A DNA stretch of 58,645 nucleotides, the filler included, from Sphacelaria rigidula (lineage: Eukaryota), in assembly GCA_964200075.2 (NCBI GenBank). It is 3 parts of 3 records of this genome, joined end to end, with 100 filler letters (N's around TTAATTAATTAA, not from the genome) between each part and the next. Parts side by side here need not be neighbours in the genome. Positions count along the whole stretch, not along the records: positions 1 to 19,484 come from CAXNAA020000661.1; positions 19,585 to 39,067 come from CAXNAA020000662.1; 1 more part is not named here. One strand, 5' to 3'. Under the pieces are notes generated by a model. That model did not search any database. It worked only from the letters and a program-made list of their open reading frames with translations, and was not told the origin of the DNA. Below are positions 11,108-23,400 of this stretch, piece by piece. Position numbers and translations under genes: made by a program. The first letter of the stretch is position 1, and every line of letters begins with the position of its first letter.

Positions 11108-14100
11108 TCGCCAACCGCACTCGGTTCTTGGATGTGTTGGTCATAGCCCTCAACCAAACGGCGACGTACGGAGCAGGTGTGGGTGATGACAAGAATCACA
11201 ACAGCAATATCAACCGCAACAACGACGACCAAGCCGACGGCTGGAGCACTACCATCGCCAACAGCCGGTGGTACACTTCAATCGCCAATCTCCAAGTTAC
11301 GTCTCTGCAGGTGTGCATCGCCTGCCGGAGCGTCGTGACGGCCCACGTGCGGGTGGATTACGGCACCCCGGAGACGTTGCTTCTCCCCCCAAGAAAGTTA
11401 TCCTCCAAGTGGAAGCAGAGACAACGGAGGAGAAGAAGTGGTGCCGACACACAAGACCATAGTCGCGTTTCGCGACGATATAAAAGCGAGTTTTCGGAGG
11501 GAAAAAGCGTTCTTCGAGGGGAAAGTGGTGCTTCGCATGGAACCTTGTCGTCGGTGTCATCGTTGTCGGCATCATCGGCAGCTAGATTATTGCAGAACGG
11601 TGTTACTGGACTTGATAGTGGGGTGGGGAAGCAAGCGGGGGGCGTTGCTCTCTCCGTAAAAAAATCTCCGTGCGTGCCTATCCTGCGACTCCATGGGGTT
11701 ACTTGGCAGCGCAGCCCCAGATCCTTGAAGGAATGTGATCTGGTGGCTGATGTTGAGCTGCTTGTTTTCGATGCGTTCGGCTACAATCACTTGCTGGAGA
11801 AGATGGCCTGGCCGCCGCAACTCAAGAGGATTGTGCTGGGGGGCTGCTTCGCGCGATCTGTGGACTCGGTGTCGTGGCCGACATCGCTTGAGGTAGGCTT
11901 TTGTGTACAGCATCAGCCGCCAAAATTGGCCTGGTATGGTGTTAGATGTTGTGATGTACCAAAAAGTGCACTACCTCATCATGTCCCCAAAACCTCAGAG
12001 TATACCCTATTTCGTCCATTATCACCCATTCAATCAATATATACCGACAAGGTTCCCCCTCGGGAGGTTGATACTGGCCTCCCGGGGGTGACGCAAGTCG
12101 AAAATATACCAGTGTTATTCCTTTTTCATATTATGGAGGCAATTGTGTGGGAGAATATATACCTTCCAGTAGATACTCGTACTGTCACATCTCGTAGTTT
12201 CGATTGTCTCAGACCAAGAGTCGCGGGAAGAGCGGTGGACACTTCCAGCATGAAGAGCTCGCTTCACCGGCGGTGTGCGGAGGTGGAAAAAACACCATCA
12301 CGCACGATGCTCGTCACAGCACACATCGCAAGTGATTGCTGCTGAAATAAGGTTGCGTCCCGGTAGTACACCGCGGACTTGTGCAGGGTTCTCTAAATGC
12401 CGACCCGATCCCGCGCGCACGGATTTCAAATCACACTTGTATGCAGTATAGATGTATGATATTGCTTGCTGTCTGTGTGTACGAGGTGTACCACCCCTCG
12501 CTCTGCCACATCTAGTACAACGGTCGGTGATGCAGCTAAGTGTGCATTTGCCCTAGGTGACGCACGCAAGAGTAATAGGCCGCCTCTGCCGCCATAATTC
12601 CTGCCTGTATCTTGAGCGGATAGTAAGACAGCCGCTATGGCGCGCAAGCCGGCTGTAACAATTTATACTGCGTGGAGATTTCTACTCTGTCTTGAAGTTA
12701 TACTGCGCGCAGTTCCCACTTTTGTACGAGTATTGTGCACGTCGCAGAAGGCTATAGCTTCTATACTGTGCACAGTACATGTTTTTTAATTGTATACTGA
12801 CTGTAGAAAGCTCTTGCCTACAGTAGGGTGTAATACATTTCCATACATACATATCAGGCGGTGAGATTGTGAATTAATCAAATAATCCACAGCACATGGC
12901 CGAAGTGGAAGCGAGGCAATCACCGAAATATTCGCATGCAAAGCCTGTGCGGCCGTACTCTAAGTTTTTAACGCTAGAAGAACACCAGTGCAACGGCCAA
13001 CCCGGCTGCGGGCCTGTGCACGGCCGTCCCGGTAGTGTTGAGACTGTCTGTACCGGGCTGTCGCCCCCAGTGCCAGGTACGCCGGCAAGGGTCTGCAACA
13101 CTACCCACTGGTCGCGCGACAGGAGCTCAATCTTCGACTGTCGAGATTTTTGAAGCGGAAATGTTCAGCTCCAAACCCTCACATATATAGCGGACCATAA
13201 ACGATGCTTATTTGCTGGGTTTCTTCGAGCGTTCGTCCATAACTGGGCGAAGATTGATGATGAGGCCGGAAGGATCCGTCGCAGCCTACGTGATCAACCA
13301 TCACTGTACCCACTCTATCTAGCCGGCATCAGACAGCAGGGTGTTGAAAAAACAAAATGCCACGCACCGTGGGTATCCACCGTATCAATGCACACCGGGC
13401 CATCAGTGACTTCCCCTGCTACAGCTGTGACTGTGACCCCTTCCTCAAATACCAATCTACACATTCTGGAATGTTCTTCACGATGATTTTTTTGTGGATT
13501 GTTACGTTCGCATAATTGGGGCACACATTACACAGATATGACCGTGTTAAAGGCTTCACGTCAAAACTAAATGATGGGGGATCTCAGATCATTCGACTTG
13601 TGTTTGCTGCTGAAAAAGTCAAGGCATTGTCCAGCTGTTTTCAAGTGCTTTGCTCTCATGTTCTCGTGACATTTGCTGCATAACCACTGTCTTCGTATTC
13701 CCAAATCATCGAGAACGCAAAGAAGATCACGGTAAAAAAATACCCCGCCATGAGCGGGCTTTTGTGGCTCTTGTTTGAAGTTTTCGACGGTCTTGGAAAG
13801 GCTTTTGTGGTTCGGGATCGACACCCCGCGAAAAAGAGCCAGTGTGGGCGACTTTCGTTGGCAAGAACACGCGCCACAGGTACCAGATGACACCCAAACC
13901 TGAACTGTAGTGTACCGCTGACCCTCCTTCGTGCACTGCAAAAGCAAACGCGGGCTAAGATGCCTTGCAGCCAGAGAACAGTCGGCAAAAGTGGTGAAAA
14001 ATGCGAAATGATACATGTACATATATACAAGGTTCCCCTTCGGGAGGTTGGTACGGGCCTCCCGGGGGTGACGCAAGTCGAAAATATATGGTAAAGAGAG

Positions 14101-17100
14101 GCTGTTGCTGTGCGATGCCGCGCCCAATTTGAGATATTTTTGGCCGAAATTTTACCAGGATGTTCACGCGAGTGCCCGTATGTGTTGGAGCGTTGTCATC
14201 GTTTTAATCAATTTATGAGGAAGTTATAGCATTTTTACTGCTTTTGCTGAAACTTCAACTCGCTCTAACTTCCTGTTTGTTTTTGTGTTTCTTCTGCACC
14301 CCCAATAGGCTTGCGCGGGTTGACGATAAAAATGTCGTGTCACAATTTCAGCGCCCAACTCTTCGAATTACCAATGGCATTTCCACTTTTCGTTCAGAAA
14401 TCACTGTCAGCTGGCCCAGCTCGTAGCAGTTCATATTGCTCATGCATCTACGGATGGTGTAGCCCTGCATGCAGGACTATGTCTAGTGCACTTATTTACA
14501 GTTTGTGGTGTGGCGTGGTGTACAGTCAAGCTCACATTCTGTGAGCTTGGTGGCATCGTGTGCGTTGGCTTTGAGCTTGGGAGTAACATAGCTCTGTGGC
14601 TCCCAAGGTACACAGACAGTTCAACAAATCTCCTGGAGCAGTGTAGTCGACACCCGATTGACGGAATCGTGTGCGTTGGCTTTGAGCTTAGAGCGTAAAC
14701 AAAGCTCCGTGGCTCCCAAAATACACAGACACATCAACAAAGTCTCCTACAGCAGTCTAACCGACACCTGAAGAACTTTCCTCGTGGTTAGAAGTTTCCT
14801 TTGGACAGGACCCGTGAGTCTTGTTCTCGGTAGAACGATAAGGACTGTTGGGTTCGCTTAACTGGGACCCACATTACGCAGATTTGTCGGTGTCAGGGGC
14901 TTCACGTCAAAACTAAATAACAAGGGATCTCAGATCATTCGACATGTGTTTGCTGCTGACTAAGGCCAAAGCAATGTCCTATTGTTTTCCAACTGCTTTG
15001 CTCTCATATTCTCGTGACATCCGCTGCATAACCGCTGTCTTCGTGCTCCCAAATCAACGAGGACGCAAAGAAAATAACGGTGTAAAAATACCCCGCCTAA
15101 AATTATCCTGTTCGAATGATGATCTTCAACAGACTTTCGTGGTTCGGGATCGACACCCCGCGAAAAAGAGCCAGTTCCAGCGACTTTCGGTGGCCAGAAC
15201 ACGCGCCACAGGTATCAGATGACACCCAAACCTGAACGGTAATGTACCGCTGCGCCTTCTTCGTGCGCTGCAAAAGGAAGCGCGGGATAAAATGCCTTGC
15301 TGCCAGAGAAAACCCGTCACAAGTGCTGAAAAATGTGAAATGATACGTGTACATGAATTGTATGTATAACACGGCACGAGCCAGGAGTGAACTTTCGCGG
15401 TATCTTTTCGTATTTAGTGTAATCTATATAATGATTTTTTCGGAAGACATTTGGATGTACGAACCAGACACTGATGTGACAATATGCACAGGCGATGGAG
15501 AGACCCTTGTGGCGGGGCAAAAATGGTGCCGATGGTGACGAGCGATGGATCACCCAGAGGTGATCCGTCCTCTGTGTATGTGTTGCATCTCGTGACCCTA
15601 GACAATGGCCGGTGTCCCCCTGTCTTATCGACCCCGGCGTCACAAGTCGAGAGTCCCCGCCGGCTGGTATAACGGATAAATAAGTGTGATCCCCGTCTTG
15701 CTTGAATCTACCAAAGAAATCTCCCAAAGGAAGTGAACACAGCGTAGTCTAGCCTTACGACGCATCAACGACCCTAGCCGCCATTTGCAGGAGACTCTGA
15801 AAGTCCCCCCTCCGGCTGCCTCTCATCATTCGACCGTAAGTATGTTCTAGTGAACTGCACACATATATCTATCAAATATCGTCAACGGAGATCCTAGGGT
15901 CGTTTTTGATAAGGGGTATTATTAAATGGTATTTCCTTTTCCCCGAAATCTCCGAATATTTCACACCCTGGACAATACATAGTCAGTAGATGCAATAGAA
16001 GAGAGGTGTACTGCATAAAGTATAGGTCTATTGCAATTATTGACGGCCGGCAATAGTCGCAATAGAGCTATAATTTATGCAGTATGTTTCTTGTCTATTG
16101 CAAGTATTGACCATGTATTGTCCAAGGTGTGGCATATTTCGAGGGGAAAAATTCATCTCCGGAAATTGTGAGCGTAGATTTATCAGCAGCCAGGCAAAAT
16201 ATCGATTTTTAGTCTACAAATTTCTCCGAAAATCTAGTGTCGAATCTTATATTATTTTTGTTTTGGAGAGGTCGGGGACAAAATCCAATTTGTCGGGAAA
16301 AGTGAAAAAAAAAATGCCCCGTGAATGAGACCCCTAAGTAACGAAACTGGCTTGATTTTAAATTTGATCTCGTGATATATCGATACGCTTATATAAAGCA
16401 CGACACATAAAAATATCGTCTCCGAGAATCCTACTTCGAATCGTAACAGCAAGAACCGAAATTGGCCTCACATATCCGATTTTAAATTGTGATACATCCA
16501 TATGCCACGATATATCATAAAATCATCTCCGAACATCCTTCACATGAGTACCAAAGTTGGCCCCATACATGATATTTGAAACTGTGATACATTCATGTAC
16601 CATGGCATTTTCTGCGCGCCCAGATGGAGTTATGGTCCGACCATCACTACTGGGGTGGAGAGAACATTTCGATCCCCAGTGCGTTGAGTTTTTCTTCGGA
16701 GTATCTGATTTCCACCATTGAAGGCGTGAGTACGTGAGTAAACACAAAGTAGTAGACTGTTCGATGAGAGCTAACGCGGTGCTGGAGTTCTGGTGGTCAT
16801 GATCCAATCCGCGAGAGCAAAGTGTAAGGCGTGTACCGAGGAGATGGGTTGATCCCTTGAGACCACGGGCTCGTCCGGAGGAAGGGCAGCGGTAAGAAGT
16901 ATGTTGAAAAAAATCGGTATTCCATGATATATCAATACGTTATGTCCAAGCATCATTTACACGAGCACCAAAACTGGTCTGATGCTGTGTAATATTTCAC
17001 GTTTTGATTTATCGATATAGTATATATATATATATAGAATATTTCGAACTCACGAGCGTGAAGCATACTTTGTAACGAGGCGTCCACGAGATTTATTGCT

Positions 17101-18268
17101 GATTATAGTGTGCAAGTTCTTCCGCACCCGCCCCGGGAGATTACTGTTCGGGCCAATGCCAATGCTAGGGACCCGGTGAGCGGATTCGTGCTATACCTTG
17201 TGCGGGGGTACACATGCGTTCGCGACCGTTCGAACGGACATGAATATTTCGAGAGAGGATCTATTCTCACGAGGGCTTGGCAAGGCGAGAATACCGAGAC
17301 CCTCGAAAAAGACGGACGGGCCCGGGGCGCAGCCCCGGATCCCGTGTGGCTTGTACAGTATATCATCTTTCAAAAATGTCATATCCGAAAATCCTACTTC
17401 CAAGTATATAATACTGGCAAGACACGAGGAAAAATGTCGTGAAATGATTTTGATACTGTTGTTGTTGTTGGTTGTGGTGTTGTTGATGTTGTTGTCTTCA
17501 CATTCAAAACCCTTCCGATATTTACGCAGTACACTGTACTGAGTGGGGTGATGCGGACGCCTTCCGTGGTCACAGGCTAACTACCCAAAATAGGGTACAA
17601 GGAAAATATGAAGTAAAATCGGACGCAAAAAAATTCACACTGGCGCGTTCCAAAAAAGACAAATATAGCAAATGAGTAAAAATAATAACACTAATGATAA
17701 AAATAAGAGAAAAAAATACTGCTAACCTGCTAAGTTCCGATGCCGTAGGCAACCATTCGGGCTACTGGAGGCAGGCCCCAATGGTCCACTCAAGCTGTGA
17801 TATATACATACATATATACATATACGTAAATGTGTACATTGATACGGACTGATGATACCTGATGTGCATCACTCACTGCAGGACATCACGTTCAGGGGGA
17901 AAGGATTTAATCACTCGATCGATCTCGCGAAGTGGCCGGAATCCCTCCGGCGGCTAACATTTGGGTGCGGGTTTAATCAACCGATCGAGAACGCCGTGTG
18001 GCCGCCGTATCTCGAGAAGCTGACGTTTGGGTGGGCGTTTAACCAGCCCGTCGCGCGCGTGACCTGGCGGGGGGCCGATAAATCGCTCACCCATCTGGAG
18101 TTCGGATACAGGTTCAATCAGCCCCTGGGCTGGAAGGTGCGCTGGCCGAGCGGTCTGCAGTCCCTGGTGTTTGGGAATACGTTTAACCAGCCTCTAGATC
18201 AAGTCCGATGGCCGGCGACTCTCAAGAGTCTGACGCTTGGCAAGGGGTTTGACCAACCCATCCACGAG
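11102..18268 (+). CDS. FNIP-repeat protein, partial; exons ~11102-11892 and 17882-18268
   Basis: Exon A ends ...FGYNHLLEKMAWPPQLKRIVLGGCFARSVDSVSWPTSLE|GTAGG. Exon B is CAG|DITFRGKGFNHSIDLAKWPESLRRLTFGCGFNQPIENAVWPPYLEKLTFGWAFNQP...FDQPIHE|GTGAG, with ~6 FNQP units of ~22-23 aa. Both junctions are phase 0. No start or stop exon was found. Confidence 0.85.
12048..12108 (-). mobile_element. Helitron-like 3' terminus, family C copy
   Basis: CAAGGTTCCCCCTCGGGAGGTTGATACTGGCCTCCCGGGGGTGACGCAAGTCGAAAATATA, the reverse complement of ~5409-5469 with a few mismatches. Confidence 0.6.
13552..14022 (-). repeat. Interspersed repeat family B, copy 2
   Basis: Begins GGCTTCACGTCAAAACTAAAT, as does 14898. 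Collinear with copy 3 to ...AAATGATACATGTACAT. Confidence 0.85.
14028..14107 (-). mobile_element. Helitron-like 3' terminus, family C copy
   Basis: Matches the reverse complement of ~5390-5469, including the extension TATATGGT(A/C)AAGAGAGG(C/G)TGTTG. Confidence 0.6.
14111..14425. mobile_element. Short mariner-like MITE (family A relative)
   Basis: The right end GTCAGCTGGCCCAGCTCG|TA is shared with 22861, 43465 and 44549. The degenerate left end resembles 44135. Confidence 0.5.
14555..14771. repeat. 111-bp tandem duplication
   Basis: ATCGTGTGCGTTGGCTTTGAGCTT at 14555 and 14666, with downstream similarity. Confidence 0.85.
14898..15354 (-). repeat. Interspersed repeat family B, copy 3
   Basis: Collinear with 13552-14022 and with the reverse complement of 1531-2001. 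Confidence 0.85.
17012..17353 (+). mobile_element. Non-autonomous Helitron-like element
   Basis: Perfect hairpin CCGGGGC-GCA-GCCCCGG (17322-17338), then an 11-nt spacer and CTTG|T (17350-17354). The candidate 5' end is A|TC followed by a TA-rich run; this boundary is uncertain. Confidence 0.6.
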
Positions 18269-18574
18269 GTGAGAACGCGACAGAGATTGAGCAGCGTGAC
18301 AAATGATTTGACCGCACTGCGGGTAAGACCCGGTATCTTATTTTAGAGGGCTGCACTGGGGTAGAACCGCCACTACTGCACCTGCTATTTTTGTTGTTTT
18401 CGCAGCAGGTAAAAACTCCCACCTTGTCGTCCGATTAAGACATATTCGGATGTCAGCTACGCTTACGGGGCGGAGCGTATTTCTGGACCCGAGATCGCTT
18501 TTGTTTGCGACTTTGCACGTGAAGCAGGGAGGAAGGAGGCTGTCGTGTTGCGAATGTTCGTCAGTAGATAAATT

Positions 18575-18943
18575 CTAGGTGCAGCTGCAGAAGCTGCGGT
18601 CACTTCAGCCCACCGTTTCTCCCCCTCACTTCTCACCTCTCCCCGTCCTCGGTATGAGTCCTCGGCCACAAGGGTTCAACCCCATTCCCACCCCGATACA
18701 CGTCTTACCCTTTGGTATCACGGATCGGACCGGCACTACTCCCGGATCACGTCCACTGTCGTCTGACAGGCGCTCAGTCAATCAGATTATTTCCGCTACT
18801 ACATTCCTTGCGCTTTCAACAACGAAAGTCAGATCCCCCCCCCCCCCCTCCAAAGCCAAACTAGATGCATCTGGGGCGGGAATCGAACCGGCGTTCTCCC
18901 GCCTCCGTAATGGTGTTAAGTTGTACCGTTAGACTATCGGGCC
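18575..18943 (-). mobile_element. tRNA-derived SINE-like element
   Basis: Minus-strand head GGCCCGATAGTCTAACGG (A-box-like) ... GGTTCGATTCC (B box, 18879-18889). No closed cloverleaf. The 3' limit is approximate. Confidence 0.55.
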
Positions 18944-19484
18944 GTGGTGGCGCGGGTGCAGTAGTGCGTTGCATGGTTTGGACGGAGCGTGATTGAAGGG
19001 TGCCACAAGCACATAGATCCACCTGTGGATGAAAACGTCCGTTGAGGCGTGTGATACTGGATGTTCCCAAACACTCTGCTTGCCGCACCGGTGAACTGAA
19101 ATCCCCACCGTCAAGGATACGTACAACCCATCATTTTTTTTTTTTTGGCATGTTTTTGTTTTGCCTTTTTCCCCTTCGTGGCCTGTCGTTGTTGGTATCG
19201 TTCCTTTTCTCCATGCTTGAGTTTACCCAACTGCAGCCAATGTTTCCGCCTTGCGTGCCCTCGTGTGTGCGTCTCGTCGTGTGACAATGGCTGAGTTCGC
19301 AGTGGATCAGCTACCGTCAGCCGGGTAATCAAATCAATTTATCCATCAACGAGTCATCCAGTTGATGTCCTTGTCACTCTGTCCTCCATCTTCTCCATCC
19401 CCACCCACCCCCCTCTCTTGTCGGCGCTGTAAAAAATACGCCACCCTCCGCGCAAACTACGCAACCCAGGTACACCTTTTTCGG

Positions 19485-19584
19485 NNNNNNNNNNNNNNNN
19501 NNNNNNNNNNNNNNNNNNNNNNNNNNNNTTAATTAATTAANNNNNNNNNNNNNNNNNNNNNNNNNNNNNNNNNNNNNNNNNNNN
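19485..19584. other. Assembly gap with six-frame stop linker
   Basis: 44 N + TTAATTAATTAA (19529-19540) + 44 N = 100 bp. Confidence 0.97.
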
Positions 19585-19689
19585 GCCAGAACCGAGCCAC
19601 AAGGACGGCACAGGATGGGGGGAGAGGGGCGGGGCGGGCGGAGCGGGGGCGGGTGGCTGGGGCGCGTACTTATTTTGTTGCTTGCCTTA

Positions 19690-20240
19690 GTCGTGTGACC
19701 ATTGACCACGCATCCCTTTTGAGACGGAGCACCGTTCCCGCTCCCTATGGAGACACCTCCAACATTTAGGTTTTCATTACGTTTCCTCAATATATTACCC
19801 AAAAACCTTCGACATATCTTCTCCCCGTCCTGTTTCGGATGGAGACACCTCCACTATTTAGGTTTTTATTACGTTTCCTCAATATATTACACAAAAACCT
19901 TCGACATATCTTCTCCCCGTCCTGTTTCGCCGTATATGGCCACCATTTATCTCCTACTATATTCGTTCCCTTGCTACTGTATAATGCACCAAACGATTTC
20001 ATGCCACGTTCGTTCACGTCCCGCAGTTCCCGCTCAAGCACGTCTCGTTCCTCCTTGCATAGTTCACATTCTGCAACAATATGAGTTCTGCTCGCTGTTG
20101 CTTTGCAAGAGGGGCAATTCTGTGCATCTACTTTCTCCTCCATACGACTACTGGTATATCTTTCATTCATGGTAGGCCTAGGGCTCCCACCCGAAGTCGC
20201 AGTTTCAATTTCTTCGCCGCGTCCATTGGGCAATGTAGAT
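19690..20240 (-). mobile_element. 3' fragment of a non-LTR retrotransposon ORF2, with an internal 92-bp duplication
   Basis: Frameshifted reading KLKLRLRVGALGLP / ERYTSSR..NCPSCKATASRTHIVAECELC, a CCHC-like motif typical of the LINE C-terminus. ATGGAGACACCTCCA is duplicated at 19747 and 19839. Confidence 0.65.
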
Positions 20241-20425
20241 GAGCGGTGGGGGTGACAAGAAGTTCAACAAAACGAGTGAGCCGAGACCGAGATAAAAAAA
20301 CCCCAGCGCTGTTTTCTATTTTCCACCTTAATATCAAGTACTCTCTTTTCTCATCTCCTCGCAACTGGGAATCAATCACCACAATACCAGAACATCATGT
20401 AGTCCAGTTCGTTCCCCTGTCTCAC

Positions 20426-23400
20426 CAGGTCCATGGGGCGGGGCACGCGCTTGAAGTAATCCGGTATGCCCAACTTCACAGGGTCTACGGGGACGTTGAA
20501 CAGCCCGCGATGAGGTCCAGTGCCGGCTGACATGAGCTTCGTCAGGATTGGCCTTACTTTTTGGACAAGGTAATCCAACCTCAAAGCCTGTTGCGGTCAC
20601 GTTATGTGATCATTGGCATGTAGACACAACAGTGGGGGTAAAAACAAACAGCAAGACAGGGAAACAGATGGAGGACGTTACAGGGGAAAAATCCAAGAAA
20701 AGAACAACTACATCACCGCCTCGCCCTTGTGACGAAGAAAACGGGTGCGGAGAAAAAGACTCGGCGATCCCAGAACTTGAACAACGAGAGTATGCATGTG
20801 CACCACATTTCGGGACAGTCGAGGAGACACCTCGGTTGACCTCTTGACGGCGACAGCGGGTCATATGTTGAATCGGCATCAATTCCACTTGAAAGAAATG
20901 TGCATGGTCGAGATGGACCACCCTCGCGGTCCAAGGGTCAACAGTATCTTTCTTGTGCATCAATGCTCGCTATTTCCTGCCACAGGGTTGTATCAGATGT
21001 GATGGAAGCATTTTCTGCCTTGGGTACATCCAAAGCGTGACCACATCGGGTTCCCCCGAGCATCAGTTAACGTGCGACAATCGATCAATTGAGCAAAATG
21101 ATCCAAGTGTCCGGATGATCAATTATACAACGTGGTGGACTTCGGGGTGACAGTAGGATGTGGCAGGAGTCACAAAAAAGCCTAGATTACCATGCGGCAA
21201 GCACACTGCCGTAAAGAACGAGACTTGCCGAATGTCTTCATCAAATGAGCCACTATTGTGTACCATCAACCAGTACAGTACGGTGCTACTAACGTGTAAT
21301 ACAATACCGCACCTGCACATGCGAGGCAAGCTCCTTGGGTGTCGCCGAAGAAAGAGCCGTCAATCGTTTCGAAGCCGTCGAGGCCGCCAGGTGGTCGGGG
21401 CCGTCCTTAGCATTATCGAGCTCAGATTCGTCCATGTCCCGCCCGAATATACCCCTCAGGCCTGGAGACGGCGGGCCGCATCCCGGGGGCAGCTCCTGTC
21501 GGGCACACACAGATAGACGCATATATGAGCGAGGTGGGGTGCAACATGGGGGGGGGGGGGTTGTATCCCCGATATTGTTGTACTGAAACAACCTTGTTGA
21601 TCGCCAGGATGGGTCACCCAAGACTTCTTGCATTTAATCTCTTCACCGGGGCGGCACCCAGCGATAATCCATGCAGCGAGAGACGACGATAAAAACTTAC
21701 ACCTAGCTGACGTTCCGAGTCCGGTGAACACAACCAGCTGGAATGGGGCTGGGTTTGATCAGAATAGCACTCGCAGAACACGAATAATGCACGCAACCTT
21801 CTTCAGATGACACAAACCTCAATACCAGTTGGACCAGAGTAGGAGCGAATCTGGGAGTTGCAGGCTCTTCCTCCTCTCAATTTTCAGAGTTGAATTTCAA
21901 GAAGTGGTACAGGAAATCAGCAGGGCAACATGGAGAACAAGTTTCAGGACGTCAAGATTTTTTCATCAATTTAGGGCAAGAAACAATTTTTAGTTTTTAT
22001 CAAGATCTGAGTCATGAACAAGAAGATATCAACACGTCCCGAAGCTTCGCTTTCTATTATGCTCTTTTTATTCTCCGTATCAAATTTGAAAGTCCTACTC
22101 TTGAAATTGAGGTAAGAACAGGCGAATTAGAGCCTAGGCCGGTCGGTATTCGAAACAGTATTTGCAGGCCACTCACCACCAGCCGTTCCAAACCCACGAA
22201 AAAAATGAGGGCTCATTTCTTTTGTTCGCAGTTTGCTCCTGCGATATTCTACCCACAATTTTGATTACAATTATAAATTACAATTTAGAAACGGAGATAG
22301 GGGTCGGAAACAACGCCCTTTTCTCAGGAGAACGTCCCCAGCTCATCAAAACCAAAGAAATTCCAAGGGTTCCAAAAGTGTGTTCTATATTTTGCCCGTG
22401 CGGTACAACACACCATGGATCAAAGTACGACTCTTTACACTGAGACGCGAAACCCAGATGTTGTGCAGCTACCGCCTCTGCTCGTAATATTTTGAGTTCA
22501 GTATAAAACATCATGGGCGCCACATCTCTGGATAGATGATGAATCAGGTGATGACGGCGGAGGGTACTGACCATTTATCCGTGCTCAAATGAATATCACA
22601 CGGAAAGTTACCACCATCCGTTGTACAAATCGTTCGGGGTTCTACATAGACTTTGGTGTGGGCTCATCTCCGGGAGAAACAGGGATTACTCAACATCGTC
22701 ATTAACCAACGAGAATAATTTGGCACGGGCGTTTGTCCCGATGGGTATCTTCCACTTGCTGAGACGAGTACTAAGATATGCAGATCACGGTCCATTCCAA
22801 ATGTACCAACGAGATATAGCTTCTAGAGCTCAAATCCGTCTATAGGCTGGCCCAGCTCGTAGTTGTTGTGTAGTCTTGTTGGAGGAAACTCCAAAAATCC
22901 ACCCGACAAATGGCAGGACATCATTCACTACCGCCACGCGCGTTCCAGTCCCTGTATAATAAATGTGGGATCACGAACAAAAGGACGAGACCCGACAACC
23001 AAGAACCCAGCCACTCTGTCAAAAGCGCAACATGCACGTAAGTGAGAGAACTCTCTAGGCCCCGAAAATAAATCGTTGCAACGCTGTCACGGCGCTCCGA
23101 GTTTCACGCGTTTCCGGCGCGCAGGGCCGGCAGACATTTCGGCCGTCTGCGGCGAGCCGCTCAAGTCCTTTTACAAGGAGGAGGAGGGGAGGGGTTACCC
23201 TGCCGTGACATGAGAGTACCCCTCAACCACCTTCGATAACCCCTTGCTATCTCGTAAGTCGAGTCTCGGAGACTGTGAATCATGACACAACACACGCACT
23301 CTGGAGTCCAAGAATACGTGAAAAAAAGCAAACAGCAACAGGAACAGCTGCACAAGACAAATTCACGCACACGCTTCAAAGACAGAATACACAGGAGGAG

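Noticed and set aside
11893-12345. C-terminal part of the 405-aa ORF 11128-12345
   Set aside because: Read-through into the intron after the GTAGG donor. It includes a family C repeat.
12210-12345. PHD-finger-like remnant on the minus strand (CDVC...H...C / WKCP)
   Set aside because: Needs a stop and a frameshift and lacks the full ligand set. Too weak to call.
13567-14127. 186-aa ORF and similar ORFs at 1444-1836 and 14960-15377
   Set aside because: They lie in repeat family B, where frames are not conserved between copies.
16850-16868. Match GTTGATCCCTTGAGACCACGG shared with ~6053-6073
   Set aside because: Probably a fragment of a related retroelement, but too short to delimit or classify.
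18868-18943. Functional tRNA gene (also 39314, 44046, 51189)
   Set aside because: A/B boxes are present but there is no closed acceptor stem or canonical anticodon arm. Treated as SINE heads.
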